A DNA stretch of 64,000 nt from Myxococcota bacterium. Lineage in GTDB: Bacteria; Myxococcota_A; SURF-8. This document shows positions 10,611-18,973 of this stretch, in pieces. The notes beneath the pieces were generated by a model. It searched no databases. It was not told where the DNA came from and was given only the letters and a program-made list of their open reading frames with translations. The stretch spans positions 3,328,001-3,392,000 of the forward strand of contig OZ223209.1 in the NCBI GenBank assembly GCA_965140415.1. The letters are read 5' to 3'. Made by a program: the position numbers and the translations under genes. Each line of letters begins with the position of its first letter. The stretch's first letter is position 1.

Positions 10611-13600
10611 TTATTTACTTTCCGGATGCAGGCTACGGACCAGGCGGAAGCCGATATTAAAATTCCTAAAGCCGGGAAGAAAACTAGCGCGGTTAGAGGA
10701 TCGGCATACTCTGGCATCGCTACGCATTGCTCCGCCACGAAGTACGCGGTACGTTGCATCACAAATTCCACCTTCTGGATCAATACCCAAGCCTGTGTTA
10801 TCGGAACAATATTTATCCCACGTCCATTCACTTACATTACCACTCATATCAAATAAACCAAGATCATTGCCTGCTTTGAGCCCTCTTGGCTGAGTCCAAG
10901 TTGAGTTTCCGCAGTACCAGGCTATCTGATTCAAATTGACATCCTGCTCACATTGAGTCATTGTCAGTGTGCCATCGTTGCCATTGCTCCTATAAAGAGC
11001 GGAATATTGGTTGCCACTTCGAATAGCATATTCCCACTCAGCGTCTGTCGGCAACCGGTAGCCTGAGCATTGTTGCGGCTTTGTTAACCCATTAATAATA
11101 CTCACGCTAGCCGACTCAATCCCACCCTGATTTTCGTTCATGCACGCCAAGAAATCAGTGTCCTGTGCAGAGCCATCCTCACATACTACATCGGAAAATT
11201 CATAGCATTGTATGAATCCGGAGAGCTCTGATCGAATATTGGCATAGGCCAGAGCGTCATACCAGGAGACCATTTCTAGCGGACAGTTAACCAATGTGCC
11301 ATTAGGGCAATTACCGGTGGTGCTCGGATTCCATGTCGTCATGGAAATCCACTCATTTTGAGACACTTCATATTTCATGATTTCGAAATCATAGGTCAAA
11401 GTCACTTCATGTAAAGTCTCGTCCCCACCCCGCCCCGGCTCATTGATGCACTCCCCCGGATATCCTTCCGGGCAATCCACACCATCCGGTGAACCCATCC
11501 AGAAGGTACCAGCCTGGATAGGGATAAAAGAGCTATGCCCGCTTGCGCACTCGGCATGATAGGCGGCAGTCTCCACGCAGGTGTCACCGGGCGGACAGTT
11601 TTCGGTGATGGACCACTCGCCCGTCTGGCCGCAGGAGAGGATCGTTCCTGCTTCTACGCCGCATTTGCTCCATCCGGTGACGCATTCGATCCAATCGCGT
11701 TCAACGCCTTCGCCGTCGCCGGTTCGGGAGGCCGTACCTTCCAGCGACCCCGGCGGCAGTTGCCCGTGCGCGGCAAATACGGCATCGTCGCGCCCCACGT
11801 CGAAATGCCACAGGCCGATGGTGTGCTCGTCCGGTTCAAAGCGGAAAGCGGGGGTGAAGTCCTCGGTGTAGCGGACGGTGTCGGAGATGCGGACTTCGTC
11901 GATGTGGCCTTTGAAATATCCTTGAGCATCGTCATTTGGATTCCAACCGAGATGCGTGATAGGCGAATTGACTGGTGTAAATGTTTCAGGAGTGAACGAA
12001 ACCTGCCCCACATTCCGACCATCTAGATATAGTGTTGCACTTCCCGTTTGTTTAACGACGGCAATGTGATGCCATCGACCAGGAACGACCGATCCGGAAG
12101 GCGAAGACACATTCCAAGATGGCCCTTGTTCTCGATAATCCAGGACTCCATTATCATAAACTTTCAAAGCAACGGTTTGCGGGTCACTTTCACCGTACAA
12201 GACTTCCCATAAATAAGCGGCCTCACTTGGCCCATCCCAACGGAACCATAACTCCAAAGTACCTATATCGTGCGGTCGAAAGAGATAATCATCAGCTAAA
12301 GTTACGTGCGAGGAGATGCCGTCGAATCCGATGGTCTTGTCTTCCATGCAGGGGTCACCTTCCCGGCAAGGGCCTAGGGCGTAGAGGTATTGATCATCTG
12401 ATCCAAAAAAGAGCGTTTCGTCTGATCCGATACTTGGCGAAGAAAGAATCATGTCGCCGGTTGTGTATTGCCAGTTCAATTGTCCATTTGAATTCAAGGC
12501 ATTCATGCGGTTGCCAGTTGATCCAATGAATATTCGTCCTGCTGAATCAATCGTGGCTGAACCGTAAATCATATTTGCTTCATTGTAGGACCAACGAACT
12601 GAACCATCAGGGTTAAGTCCATGTACAGCGCCATTGTAAGTTCCGAAATACAGACTACCGTCATTGGCAATTGCTGGTGCCGACGTAACGTTACCCCCGG
12701 CACCAAACTCCCAAAGTATTTCTGCTTCGGGATCAATGGCACGAATGTATTGATCGAAGGTTCCCGCATAGATGGTTCCGTCTCGCCCAATGGAAGGATT
12801 TGAGTAGATGTAGTTGCCGGCTTCGGAAGCCCATACTTGTTCGCCATCTGGACTAAAAGCATATATCGCATCACTGCCAACATAGATTGTCCCGTTTTCT
12901 CCTATGACTGGACTTGAGCGTGTTCCTGCATTCAAGCTTTCTGACCACAATTCTTCCCCATTTGTTCCCACAGCATAAAGCTTTTCATCACAAGCGAAGT
13001 ATAGAACATTTTGATTGCCTATTACAGGAGACGAAATGACAGCCTTTGGCGTCTCAAATGTCCATTTCGGGCTGCCATCGGGATAAAAGGCATACAGGTT
13101 TTTCTCAAATCCACCGATATAAACATGGCCTTCGTGATCAATCAAAGCGGAAGAGATATAGACTCCCTTGCTGGAAATGGGAACGCGCCAATACTCTGTT
13201 CCATCCGGATGAATGGCATAGAAATAACCAAGCTTGGGCTCAGCGTTATTTCCGCAACCTACGTAAATGGTTCCATCTGAGGAAATAACCGGTGACGACC
13301 GTACCCAGTCCTCTGTCTTGAAAGCCCACCTCAGTGTCGGTTCTTCAGGGCCGTAGTATTGACTCTTACCCTGATGGGTTGGACATCCTCCGAACATCGG
13401 CCACGGACTCCCCGCCTGTAAGCCACTCATATCCCCGCAGGAGCCGCCTTGATCCGGCGCGCAGATTTTGGTATCAATATCCTCACCCGGCCAACAGGAC
13501 TGGGTAGTCGAATCGCATTCCCAGCAGATTTGGGTGTCGGCAATGCATTCGCCGCAGCTGTAGCAGCCATTGGGACTCTGACCGCATGCAATGTACTCAG

Positions 13601-14591
13601 TGCAATCGTTTTCCACGAAAGCCGTACCCGTGCAGACGCCGCCGACGCACTCGCTGGCGGTGGAGCAGTCGTCCTCATCGTCGCAGACGAAGCCGGTGTC
13701 GGGACGGGCCGTCCAGTCAGTTTGAGAGGTATCCGGCGCACAGACTTCGCAAACGTTGGCCGGATTGGCTTCCTCGGCTTCGGGGCAGGTTTCGCCGATC
13801 AGGCAGTGGCCGGTTTGAACGGGATAGTTGCAACTTCCGTCACCCAAACACGTCGCGCCGTCGATTTGTTCGCAGAAACCTGGCGTTTCGCAAGTGTAAG
13901 CAGTGCCTTCGCAGGATTTGTCCGGTTGACATTGATCCGTGTGCGTACAGGATTCTTCATCATCGCAGACCGCGCCTTCGTCGGCCGGATAGGAGCAACC
14001 GCCCGCACCGTCACAGATTGCACCCTCTGCTGTCTCACAGAAACCTGGACTTTCACAGGCATACCCCGTCCCGGCGCATGATTTGTCCCGCTGACAGAGG
14101 TCGGTGTGGGTGCAGGATTCCTGATCGTTGCAGGTGTCACCTTCAGCCGCCGGATAGGAGCAGGAGCCGTCGCCGTTGCAGGTCGCCCCCTGGGCTGTTT
14201 CGCAGAAGCCCGGCGTATCGCAGGTGTAGGGCGTGCCAACGCATTGGTGATTTCGCTCGCACTGGTCGTTGAAGGTGCACAGGTTGTTGTCATTGCAGGG
14301 GGTGCCGTGGGTGTCCCAATGGCAGCCGTCCGAGCAGCAGCGCGTCCCGCGAGCACACTGGCAGCCTTCGGGGATGTCCGCTTCGATGTCACCGTCTACA
14401 GGTGAATCGCTATCGCCATCCGTGATGGAGTCTTCGTCGCCATCCGTGCTGCCATCGATTTCATTATCGCCGTCCGTGACCGGCGTATCGGTATCGCCGT
14501 CCATCATATCGTTCGGCTCTTCCCACTCGAACCAGTCACAGGCAGGAAGCAAGCAGACGATCAGAAGAATTGACAGAGCGCGAAGCGGCAT
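10611..14591 (-). CDS. Giant lipoprotein paralog: Cys-rich repeats, PQQ/BamB-like beta-propeller, LamG-like domain, C-terminal FGE-sulfatase domain
   Basis: Lipobox LPAC; repeated SSP.I..DG.IY.G...LYA...DG..W; RLPTDAEWEY, DMSGNVSEW, GFRLVR. Confidence 0.88.
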   Translation of the reverse strand: MPLRALSILLIVCLLPACDWFEWEEPNDMMDGDTDTPVTDGDNEIDGSTDGDEDSITDGDSDSPVDGDIEADIPEGCQCARGTRCCSDGCHWDTHGTPCNDNNLCTFNDQCERNHQCVGTPYTCDTPGFCETAQGATCNGDGSCSYPAAEGDTCNDQESCTHTDLCQRDKSCAGTGYACESPGFCETAEGAICDGAGGCSYPADEGAVCDDEESCTHTDQCQPDKSCEGTAYTCETPGFCEQIDGATCLGDGSCNYPVQTGHCLIGETCPEAEEANPANVCEVCAPDTSQTDWTARPDTGFVCDDEDDCSTASECVGGVCTGTAFVENDCTEYIACGQSPNGCYSCGECIADTQICWECDSTTQSCWPGEDIDTKICAPDQGGSCGDMSGLQAGSPWPMFGGCPTHQGKSQYYGPEEPTLRWAFKTEDWVRSSPVISSDGTIYVGCGNNAEPKLGYFYAIHPDGTEYWRVPISSKGVYISSALIDHEGHVYIGGFEKNLYAFYPDGSPKWTFETPKAVISSPVIGNQNVLYFACDEKLYAVGTNGEELWSESLNAGTRSSPVIGENGTIYVGSDAIYAFSPDGEQVWASEAGNYIYSNPSIGRDGTIYAGTFDQYIRAIDPEAEILWEFGAGGNVTSAPAIANDGSLYFGTYNGAVHGLNPDGSVRWSYNEANMIYGSATIDSAGRIFIGSTGNRMNALNSNGQLNWQYTTGDMILSSPSIGSDETLFFGSDDQYLYALGPCREGDPCMEDKTIGFDGISSHVTLADDYLFRPHDIGTLELWFRWDGPSEAAYLWEVLYGESDPQTVALKVYDNGVLDYREQGPSWNVSSPSGSVVPGRWHHIAVVKQTGSATLYLDGRNVGQVSFTPETFTPVNSPITHLGWNPNDDAQGYFKGHIDEVRISDTVRYTEDFTPAFRFEPDEHTIGLWHFDVGRDDAVFAAHGQLPPGSLEGTASRTGDGEGVERDWIECVTGWSKCGVEAGTILSCGQTGEWSITENCPPGDTCVETAAYHAECASGHSSFIPIQAGTFWMGSPDGVDCPEGYPGECINEPGRGGDETLHEVTLTYDFEIMKYEVSQNEWISMTTWNPSTTGNCPNGTLVNCPLEMVSWYDALAYANIRSELSGFIQCYEFSDVVCEDGSAQDTDFLACMNENQGGIESASVSIINGLTKPQQCSGYRLPTDAEWEYAIRSGNQYSALYRSNGNDGTLTMTQCEQDVNLNQIAWYCGNSTWTQPRGLKAGNDLGLFDMSGNVSEWTWDKYCSDNTGLGIDPEGGICDATYRVLRGGAMRSDARVCRSSNRASFLPGFRNFNIGFRLVRSLHPESK

Positions 14592-14592
14592 C

Positions 14593-15417
14593 CTACCACC
14601 TCACCAGCAAGGAGGCAGCCACACCGTCCTTCTGGGGAGCGATGCCAAAGGAAACCGGCTCAGGTTCATTCGGCTCGCCGTTCTTCTTTTTCACGGCATC
14701 CACGATCCACAAGGCCGCACCCGTCACCATCGCCGCGCCGCCGATGGTCCAGCATGCGATTGTCGCTCCTTTCCAGCCATTAAAAGAGCTTTTGTCACCA
14801 TCGTCTTTGGCGGCTTTCATCTGGCTCATGCCGACAAAACCGATGACGGTCACCCCCAGACCCGAGAAAAAAGTTCCGTAAGCGGCTTTCTCGTAGACGC
14901 TCATCTCCCCTTGGCTGACGCCGGAATCCGTTTTATTGCCAAAGAGATCCGCCGCTGCCTGGGGCACGATTTTAACGAGATCCGTCAACGAGCCTTCCAC
15001 CTGACGACTGATACGCTTGATGACCTCCGCCGTCCGCACGTTGATGCGGCGAAGATTCAGAACGTAAATACCACCCACGCGCCCCAGGTCGCCCGCCACG
15101 ACCTCCGGAACACCTAAGGCCGCCCCGATCTCGGCGATGCAGTTGTCGCTCTCCGCGCCGCAGTTCTGCTTGGTTTCTTCGCCACGTAAAATGGTCTGGA
15201 TATCAGTTTCGCTGATCACTTTTTTACCGGACTGCTTCTCCACCTCGGCGCTGATGATGCCGGTCAGGGAATCGATGTCATTTTCGGAAACGCCGGTCTT
15301 CGCCTCCAGCCGCCAAACCACCAGACCGTCACGCTCTTCGGCGTATACCCAAGTCGACGACAGGACACAGATAACCAGCAACAATAAACCAAGAGATGTC
15401 GAAAGGTTTCGATGCAT
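14593..15417 (-). CDS. Exported protein with TolB-N/CsgG/DUF2380-like domain and C-terminal hydrophobic segments
   Basis: Signal peptide; C..NCIAEIGAALGVPEVVAGDLGRVG motif; first gene of the operon with the two lipoproteins. Confidence 0.6.
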   Translation of the reverse strand: MHRNLSTSLGLLLLVICVLSSTWVYAEERDGLVVWRLEAKTGVSENDIDSLTGIISAEVEKQSGKKVISETDIQTILRGEETKQNCGAESDNCIAEIGAALGVPEVVAGDLGRVGGIYVLNLRRINVRTAEVIKRISRQVEGSLTDLVKIVPQAAADLFGNKTDSGVSQGEMSVYEKAAYGTFFSGLGVTVIGFVGMSQMKAAKDDGDKSSFNGWKGATIACWTIGGAAMVTGAALWIVDAVKKKNGEPNEPEPVSFGIAPQKDGVAASLLVRW

Positions 15418-15663
15418 ATGCAGACTCCGCTGACGCTAAGTATTGCGTGACGTTGGAAAAGGGCTCTACCTATCCGTTATCGAGGGCTTACTGTACTAAA
15501 AACACTCGCCAATATCAAGAATTAACAGGCGATTACAGAAGGTTACTTCAGTGTCAAAATGATCGGTCTGGCAGACGCGACGCTTTATCCGGGAACTCCC
15601 GATGTCGATTCACCGTCAACCTGACCTGTTTGAGAGACGGCTCTGTCTCCCGATTTGGGACCC

Positions 15664-15800
15664 CTAGAGGTGCAGGTCCGCACCGTCCGTCACGTTCCGC
15701 CATGGCTGCTTTTTCGAGGCGGATGGGCCGATGCGCACCATCTCCAGCACCTCGGCGTACTCTCTGGCTTCCTCACGGCTCAGCGGCTGCGGGGTCATAG
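15664..15800 (-). pseudogene. Nitroreductase-family fragment
   Basis: PLSREEAREYAEVLEMVRIGPSASKKQPWR resembles the nitroreductase APSAxNxQPW motif; no N-terminal part, stops shortly after. Confidence 0.5.
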
Positions 15801-16109
15801 GAACGCTAGCAGACACTGGGTAAATGAAGATATCTGTTCCGGTGAGCAGATCTGCGAAACGCTCAGCCCCGCTGAAGCGGTTTGCCATTAGCCCGAAAAT
15901 CACCCAAAAAAATCTGAGACGGCCGGTCACGGGAGCATTTTCAATCTCGTCCGGCCGTTTCTTTTACCTGCCGACCGACAAGTTGACTGTCGGATTTTCG
16001 CAATTTCCCGGAAATCGACCTGATTGGTAGTAGAGGGAGGGGCCGTTTCCTGGCCGAAATCGAATTTTCCATAGGCCTAAGCGTATACGACGGCCGTCGC
16101 GCGTCGTCT

Positions 16110-16895
16110 CTAGCGAATGCCTCCCACAATAGTTTGCTCTGGCGCAGGACGGCTTTGCCAGCTGGTGTCGGCTAGTGTCACCCGCCAGACGTCTGGATCA
16201 AAACCCATCTTGACAAGCGGTCCGGTGAAGTCTTCTGGCAACGGCGTCGACAACTCAAGCGTTTCGCTCGTACGGGGGTGCGTCAGCACCAGCGAAAGCG
16301 CGTGCAGCCCCAGACGTGCAAATCCATAGTTTTCCTGTATTTGACGGTTCAGGCGGCTTTCACCGTGGTTGGCGTCGCCGATCAACGGATGACTGATTCC
16401 GTTTAAGTGACGGCGCACCTGATGCAAGTGGCCTTGGTGAGGAATGACCTCTACCAGCGACAGCGCACGTGGCTGAGCATCTACGAAAGCCAGGCGGCGG
16501 ATCTCCGTGGAGGCGGGCATGCGCTCGCCCCCTGAATGGGTCGGCAGTGGCCGCTGAACAAGCGCCGCTTCAGGAGCAATTCCCCGCACCAGCGCTAGGT
16601 AGCGCTTGCGCGTGCGACCCTCCGCGTAGGCTTGGCCCAGTTGGGCGGCCGTTTCCGGATCGAGCGCAAACAACGAAACGCCGCTGGCGCCTCGGTCGAG
16701 TCGCTGTACAAGATGCACCTTGCAGCCGACCAGCTTGCGGGCGACGTCCACCAAGGTCACGGGGTCACGAGCCCACCCCCGATGCGCCGCCACCCCCGAT
16801 GGCTTGGCCAACGCCAACAGCCATTCGTCGCGGCTCAGTTCGATGACCTGCTCAGCCAGGGCCTGCAACTGGTCCAATGGTTTGTGTTCGGCCAT
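16110..16895 (-). CDS. RluA/TruC-family pseudouridine synthase
   Basis: KPSG, QRLDRGASG (catalytic D), KRYLALVRG, HQVRRHL, HPLIGD, LGLHA; ATG at 16895. Confidence 0.85.
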   Translation of the reverse strand: MAEHKPLDQLQALAEQVIELSRDEWLLALAKPSGVAAHRGWARDPVTLVDVARKLVGCKVHLVQRLDRGASGVSLFALDPETAAQLGQAYAEGRTRKRYLALVRGIAPEAALVQRPLPTHSGGERMPASTEIRRLAFVDAQPRALSLVEVIPHQGHLHQVRRHLNGISHPLIGDANHGESRLNRQIQENYGFARLGLHALSLVLTHPRTSETLELSTPLPEDFTGPLVKMGFDPDVWRVTLADTSWQSRPAPEQTIVGGIR

Positions 16896-17083
16896 GGTCG
16901 CTCCCGATTTGAATTGACTGATCTTCGTCACGTTTAGCACGGCTTGTGGGTAATCCTCCCTTGGAATCGTGCCCACCCTGATCATGTCTCCGCTTGAAAT
17001 AAGCATGATGGATGACGATAGCATACTCCCGAAAAAGTTGAAATCAGCAAGCGCTCGCCGATTTGCTGTTGCGCAGTCCACGT

Positions 17084-17108
17084 AAAGAAGAAGGCTGGAA
17101 CCTTCTTC
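17084..17108 (-). terminator. Putative terminator closing the backbone operon
   Basis: GAAGAAGG/CCTTCTTC 8-bp stem followed by a short T run on the minus strand. Confidence 0.4.
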
Positions 17109-17164
17109 CGCCGCAAGGGGGCGGCTGGTGTAGGAATGATGGTGGGATTGTTGGTGGGCAATAC

Positions 17165-17275
17165 TCACTTCACTTTCTTCTTCAATCGTTTCGCCGCCTT
17201 GTCGAACAGCTTGCCGGTCAGTATGGCCATTGCCTGCACGACGGCGGCCTTCAGGATGCGCGTGGTCTCCTTCAT
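17165..17275 (-). CDS. 36-aa basic peptide (MKETTRILKAAVVQAMAILTGKLFDKAAKRLKKKVK)
   Basis: ATGA overlap with the stop of the upstream gene, implying translational coupling. Confidence 0.45.
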   Translation of the reverse strand: MKETTRILKAAVVQAMAILTGKLFDKAAKRLKKKVK

Positions 17276-17562
17276 GCGTCGCGCTCGCTGTCCGGATCCC
17301 CGTCCGCGGAATCGTCGGTATCAATGAATTCATCATCAAGGCTTTCGAGGCCGTCATTGTCCATGATCAGGCGATCGAACGCATAGCCGACCAGGCCGCC
17401 GATGGCTCCGCCGGCAGCCGATCCTGCCGGTCCAACCACGGTAGCGCCGATCGAGGCCAGGACCCCTGCACCGATGGCGGCATGCCGATTCTCGCGGATG
17501 ATGGCGAAGAGCCCTTTCCGCGTTTCGTCCAGGTCCGTGTTCAGATTGTCCAAGTCGTTCAT
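17272..17562 (-). CDS. Small glycine-zipper membrane protein with acidic tail
   Basis: AAIGAGVLASIGATVVGPAGSAAGGAIGGLVG; purine-rich RBS; directly after ThiF. Confidence 0.65.
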   Translation of the reverse strand: MNDLDNLNTDLDETRKGLFAIIRENRHAAIGAGVLASIGATVVGPAGSAAGGAIGGLVGYAFDRLIMDNDGLESLDDEFIDTDDSADGDPDSERDA

Positions 17563-17582
17563 TCGGGTTCCTTTCCTTCAGG

Positions 17583-18290
17583 TTATTCGACTGCCAGCCC
17601 GAAGGCCGAGCAGTCCACGACGATCTTTCGCGGGAGTGGCTGCCCCAGCGCGTGCTTCTTCACCAGGATGGCCACCAACGCGCCGGTGAGCATGGAGTTG
17701 TAAATCACCGCCCGCGCCGTGCAGGGCAGCTGCATCGATTCTTCCGCCGGGTGCAGGGTTTCCTCATAGGCTTGCGCGCCCATCAGGTCGCCGTGGGACT
17801 TGGCGGTGTAGATCACGATGTACTCGCCGCCCTGGCGCGGATCGATGACGGTGACGGGACGTGATCGGCTGCCCTGGGCCTTGGCCTGCTCCCAGATCGT
17901 CCGGCGCGCCTCCATGTTGTCCACGCAGGAGATGATCAGGCGCTTGGGTTCGTCGCGACCGAGGGGCTGATCCGTGTACCGCTGGCGGAACTGGCCGGGT
18001 AGCAGGCCGGTGACACGGTAGACTTCAACACCCAGCGCCACGGCTTTGGGTTGGCCAATGTATTCCGCGCCATAGAGTTGATTGGGCTGGTTGTGCGGCT
18101 CGACCGTGTCGTCGTCGTAGATGTTGAGGTCCGTGCAGCCCATCTTGGCCAGGGCCAGCGCGGTGTAACTGCCGGAAGCCCCTGCGCCGATGATGGTGAT
18201 GGGGAAGTTCAGTTTGTCGGGATGGATAAGGTCGAGCTGGCGGTGAAACTGATTGTCTAAGGTCGTGCGGTCCATGTTGTTTCGGTCCAT
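17583..18290 (-). CDS. ThiF/E1-like adenylyltransferase (Ubl-activating enzyme candidate)
   Basis: RQ.D, IIGAGASGS nucleotide-binding loop, DDDTVEPHNQPNQ, G.PKA, CVDNMEAR; single C-terminal Cys in LPCTAR. Confidence 0.9.
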   Translation of the reverse strand: MDRNNMDRTTLDNQFHRQLDLIHPDKLNFPITIIGAGASGSYTALALAKMGCTDLNIYDDDTVEPHNQPNQLYGAEYIGQPKAVALGVEVYRVTGLLPGQFRQRYTDQPLGRDEPKRLIISCVDNMEARRTIWEQAKAQGSRSRPVTVIDPRQGGEYIVIYTAKSHGDLMGAQAYEETLHPAEESMQLPCTARAVIYNSMLTGALVAILVKKHALGQPLPRKIVVDCSAFGLAVE

Positions 18291-18301
18291 GGTAAATCCT
18301 T

Positions 18302-18649
18302 TCAGTGGTTGCGCGTGATCTCCTGAATCTGGGAGAGCGGTTTGGGAGTGAAATGAATGTCGCGCTCGATGGCCTGCAGGCCGGGGATGCGCTGACCGTT
18401 GATGCGGGCTTCTAAAGATTCGAGTTCCTTCAGGCTGAAGTAACCGAGTTCACCGCAACCAGGAAGCACTTCAACCCAGCCAAAGCACGTATCACCGCCG
18501 TCGTGGTCGAACTCGGTCAGATACCAGACACCCTGACCATACGGATGGAAAAACTTGATGTGCGCGATGGCCTCCATGCCTTTGCCGTCCTGGGCGTACA
18601 AAGGCGGGATCGTCTTGCGAACGGACTGGGGAAGTAGCTTCTGTTTCAT
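18302..18649 (-). CDS. DUF2958-like mobile-element protein
   Basis: PPLYAQD, KFFHP, WYLTE.D, FGWV, ELGYFSL.EL, IERD.HF; AGGAGG RBS. Confidence 0.8.
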   Translation of the reverse strand: MKQKLLPQSVRKTIPPLYAQDGKGMEAIAHIKFFHPYGQGVWYLTEFDHDGGDTCFGWVEVLPGCGELGYFSLKELESLEARINGQRIPGLQAIERDIHFTPKPLSQIQEITRNH

Positions 18650-18973
18650 GGGTTTACCTCCTTGTTTTTGGGAAAATGGGCGCACTTGCGCGGGACATCC
18701 GGGGGATGATTGGACAGGTGGCTGAAATGGTTGGGAAATTCAGGTTAGAATGGGTTGTCTGTCACTTCTCTTATGTCATTTTCCAGGTAAGATTTGCCAA
18801 ACAATCAATTTCCGATTTTCATTGTAAAGTCAGTCAGATAGAGTATGCTAAGAGTAGGATGCAATCGATAGTTTCGCTGTAGCTTGAGCTTTTGTTTACG
18901 GGTCGTAAATAATAGCAGTCGGCTACGTTGGCCAGGAGCGTTTAGCACCGCTCCGCAAAGGACAGGTGCGCAA

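Noticed and set aside
13750-14300. Repeated ~55-codon Cys-rich units in the lipoprotein
   Set aside because: Ordinary intragenic disulfide-rich repeats already explained by the CDS
16896-17357. N-terminal extension of the 415-aa pseudouridine synthase ORF
   Set aside because: Overlaps other genes and a terminator; family similarity starts near ATG 16895
17583-18290. ThiF as a thiamine or molybdopterin biosynthesis gene
   Set aside because: No thi/moa genes nearby, Zn-binding CxxC pairs absent, and the context is a mobile-element backbone with E2 and JAB
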